Source of the DNA: Octopus sinensis
Taxonomy: Eukaryota
Assembly: GCF_006345805.1 (NCBI RefSeq)
Contig: NC_042998.1
Location: 80,786,001-80,850,000, forward strand
Length of the DNA: 64,000 nucleotides
Direction of reading: 5' to 3'
The notes beneath the pieces are model-generated. The model did no database searches. It was not told the DNA's origin and saw nothing but the letters and a program-made list of their open reading frames with translations. Shown here piece after piece: positions 62,137-64,000 of this stretch. Both the position numbers and the translations under genes were made by a program. Positions within the stretch are counted from its first letter, which is position 1. Each line of letters begins with the position of its first letter.

Positions 62137-62516
62137 TATATTATATATATATATGTTTTTATGTATGCATAAATGTATATGTATATATGTATAGATACGC
62201 ACACACATACACATGCACAGAGACATATATATAAAGGTAACTGCACGTGGACTGTTGGCGATGTTTCCCTATTCTTCCTTCTTTCTCTTGGACTACCATT
62301 TTTCTGTCGAAGAGCTATACTCGAAGCGTTTAATATATTGCTTGTGCACATTCTCACGTTTGTTTTCCTTCTTTATTATCTGTTCTTTTCTTTGATTTGG
62401 ACTATATATATATATATTATATATATATATATATTATATATATATTAATATATATATATATATATCTACACATACATATATATATATATATATATAATAT
62501 ATATATATATATATCT

Positions 62517-62547
<31 letters not shown>

Positions 62548-62597
62548 TCTATATATATATATATGTACATACATAAATAAATACATTTATATATATA

Positions 62598-62644
<47 letters not shown>

Positions 62645-62738
62645 AATACAAAAAGCCAAGAACAAACACAAAAAAATAGCGCGAGGACGTGGTACATGTA
62701 AAGTATTAGCAGACGCTCAGGGAAGGAAAGAAAGGTGG

Positions 62739-62771
62739 TTTAACGTTTCGAGCAAAACTCTTCTTCAGAAA
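62739..62771 (-). ncRNA. Minimal hammerhead candidate (mini-element family, core intact)
   Basis: Minus TTT-CTGAAGA-A-GAG-TTTTG-CTC-GAAA-CG-TT-AAA. Confidence 0.55.
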
Positions 62772-62792
62772 GAGAGGAATGCAAAACATATA

Positions 62793-63452
62793 TCCCAATG
62801 CAAAAACATATATCGTTTTTCCAGTGATGAGTAGTCACTGCTCTCGAAAAAGTGTAAACAAGCAATAATAAATCTCTGAACGAGGTATAAACAGTAGCTG
62901 CACGACAACGTGAAGTATATTTGCCACTTAAATGTGGAACAGAAAGTATGCCAATAGCCAGCTGGAGATGTTCTCCTGGGGCTACAAGGTACAGTAAAAT
63001 CCACCCTTAGTGGTTAGCCACATTTAAGTGGCAAATATACTTCACGTTGTCGTGCAACTACTGTTTATACCTCGTTCAGAGATTTATTATTACTTGTTTA
63101 TACTTTTTCGAGAACAGTGACTTTTCGTCACCGGAGAAAGGATATATGTGTTTTCATTGGGACCTCTTCGCATCGAAGACCGGTGATTGTCGTGCGCTAA
63201 CGACGGGCAAACATCCAGAAACCCGGGTCCGTACGTATCACGTCAGGTCGACGATGGGAAGGATGGCTTCCCTTTGCAAATACTGATAGGGCACAGAAAG
63301 TGTGTCAATAGCCAGCTGGAGAAGATGTTCTCCTGGGGCTACAAGCTACAGTAGCATCCACCCTAAGTGGTTAGCCACATTTAAGTGGCAAATATACTTC
63401 ACGTTGTCGTGCAGCTACTGTTTATAACGGGTTCAGAGATTTATTATTGCTT
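62793..63452. repeat. Inverted-plus-tandem repeat unit (PLE-like architecture)
   Basis: 62793-62937 is the reverse complement of 63018-63162; 62939-63092 is directly repeated at 63293-63452. Confidence 0.9.
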
Positions 63453-63471
63453 ATATATATATATATATATC

Positions 63472-63504
<33 letters not shown>

Positions 63505-63674
63505 TATATATATATTATATATATATTATATATATATTGTCAATAATAATTAGGGTAAAATTAATTAATTTGTAATTAATAATTTTACCAAGCAGTGTTC
63601 AGTATGCAAAAGGACCATTTACGGTATATTTAAACATTACTTTATATAATTAGGGTTCAGCAAAAAAATTTACT

Positions 63675-64000
63675 TTACCACACACCGAACTTTTAGAAAT
63701 AGCAGCCAAAGAATTTAGCTATTTCCTCTACTATAAGAAGAGTCTCCCAGACAATGTATACTCAAAAACAATTCACGTAGGCATAGAGAGAAAAATAACG
63801 AAAGATCACTCGTAAATCGATTACTTGAGAACGCGTTTCTGGGTTAGTTAGATATAGAGATGCTAGAAATACATACCTATTCCAACATTCCTGTCATCAG
63901 CCCAAGATTTCGTTAAATTTAAATTTGAGAGACTCTTCCTATAGTAGAGGAAATAGCTAAATTCTTTGGCTGCTATTTCTAAAAGTTCGGTGTGTGGTAA
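63675..64000. repeat. Inverted repeat running off the window end
   Basis: 63675-63746 vs 63929-64000: 71 of 72 positions complementary; 182 bp spacer. Confidence 0.92.
63824..63906 (-). ncRNA. Type I hammerhead candidate in the spacer of the terminal inverted repeat
   Basis: Minus CTTGGG-CTGATGA-CAGG..GTTGG...CTAAC-CCA-GAAA-CGCG-TT-CTCAAG; core intact, mismatch at the helix II base. Confidence 0.65.

Overview
AT-rich, microsatellite-dense animal genomic DNA, most likely a coleoid cephalopod (Octopus-like); this is inferred from the SINE/LINE repertoire and was not checked against a database. The only host genes I can support are two tandem, same-strand (+), six-exon chymotrypsin-fold (peptidase S1A) serine protease genes with intact His/Asp/Ser triads. 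Gene A has exons 2-6 at 1770-13404 (exon 1 not in the window); gene B is complete at 36036-46878 (255 aa). Homologous non-coding blocks on both flanks show the pair arose by segmental tandem duplication and hint at a third unit beyond the right edge. The rest is mobile DNA: several tRNA-derived SINE families (one moving as head-to-tail multimers), CR1-group, RTE and CRE LINE remnants, a ~5 kb Tx1/L1 LINE inserted in a (TC)n microsatellite, a truncated Ty3/gypsy element with a non-canonical primer site, Tc1/mariner/maT remnants and MITEs, and Penelope-like (PLE) pieces. The most striking hidden layer is more than a dozen type I hammerhead-ribozyme-like motifs with different palindromic helix III sequences. 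They mostly sit in short (TA)n-flanked units or long inverted repeats. One lies on the sense strand just 3' of gene A and contains that gene's first canonical AATAAA. All folds and alignments were done by eye; none was computed or searched.
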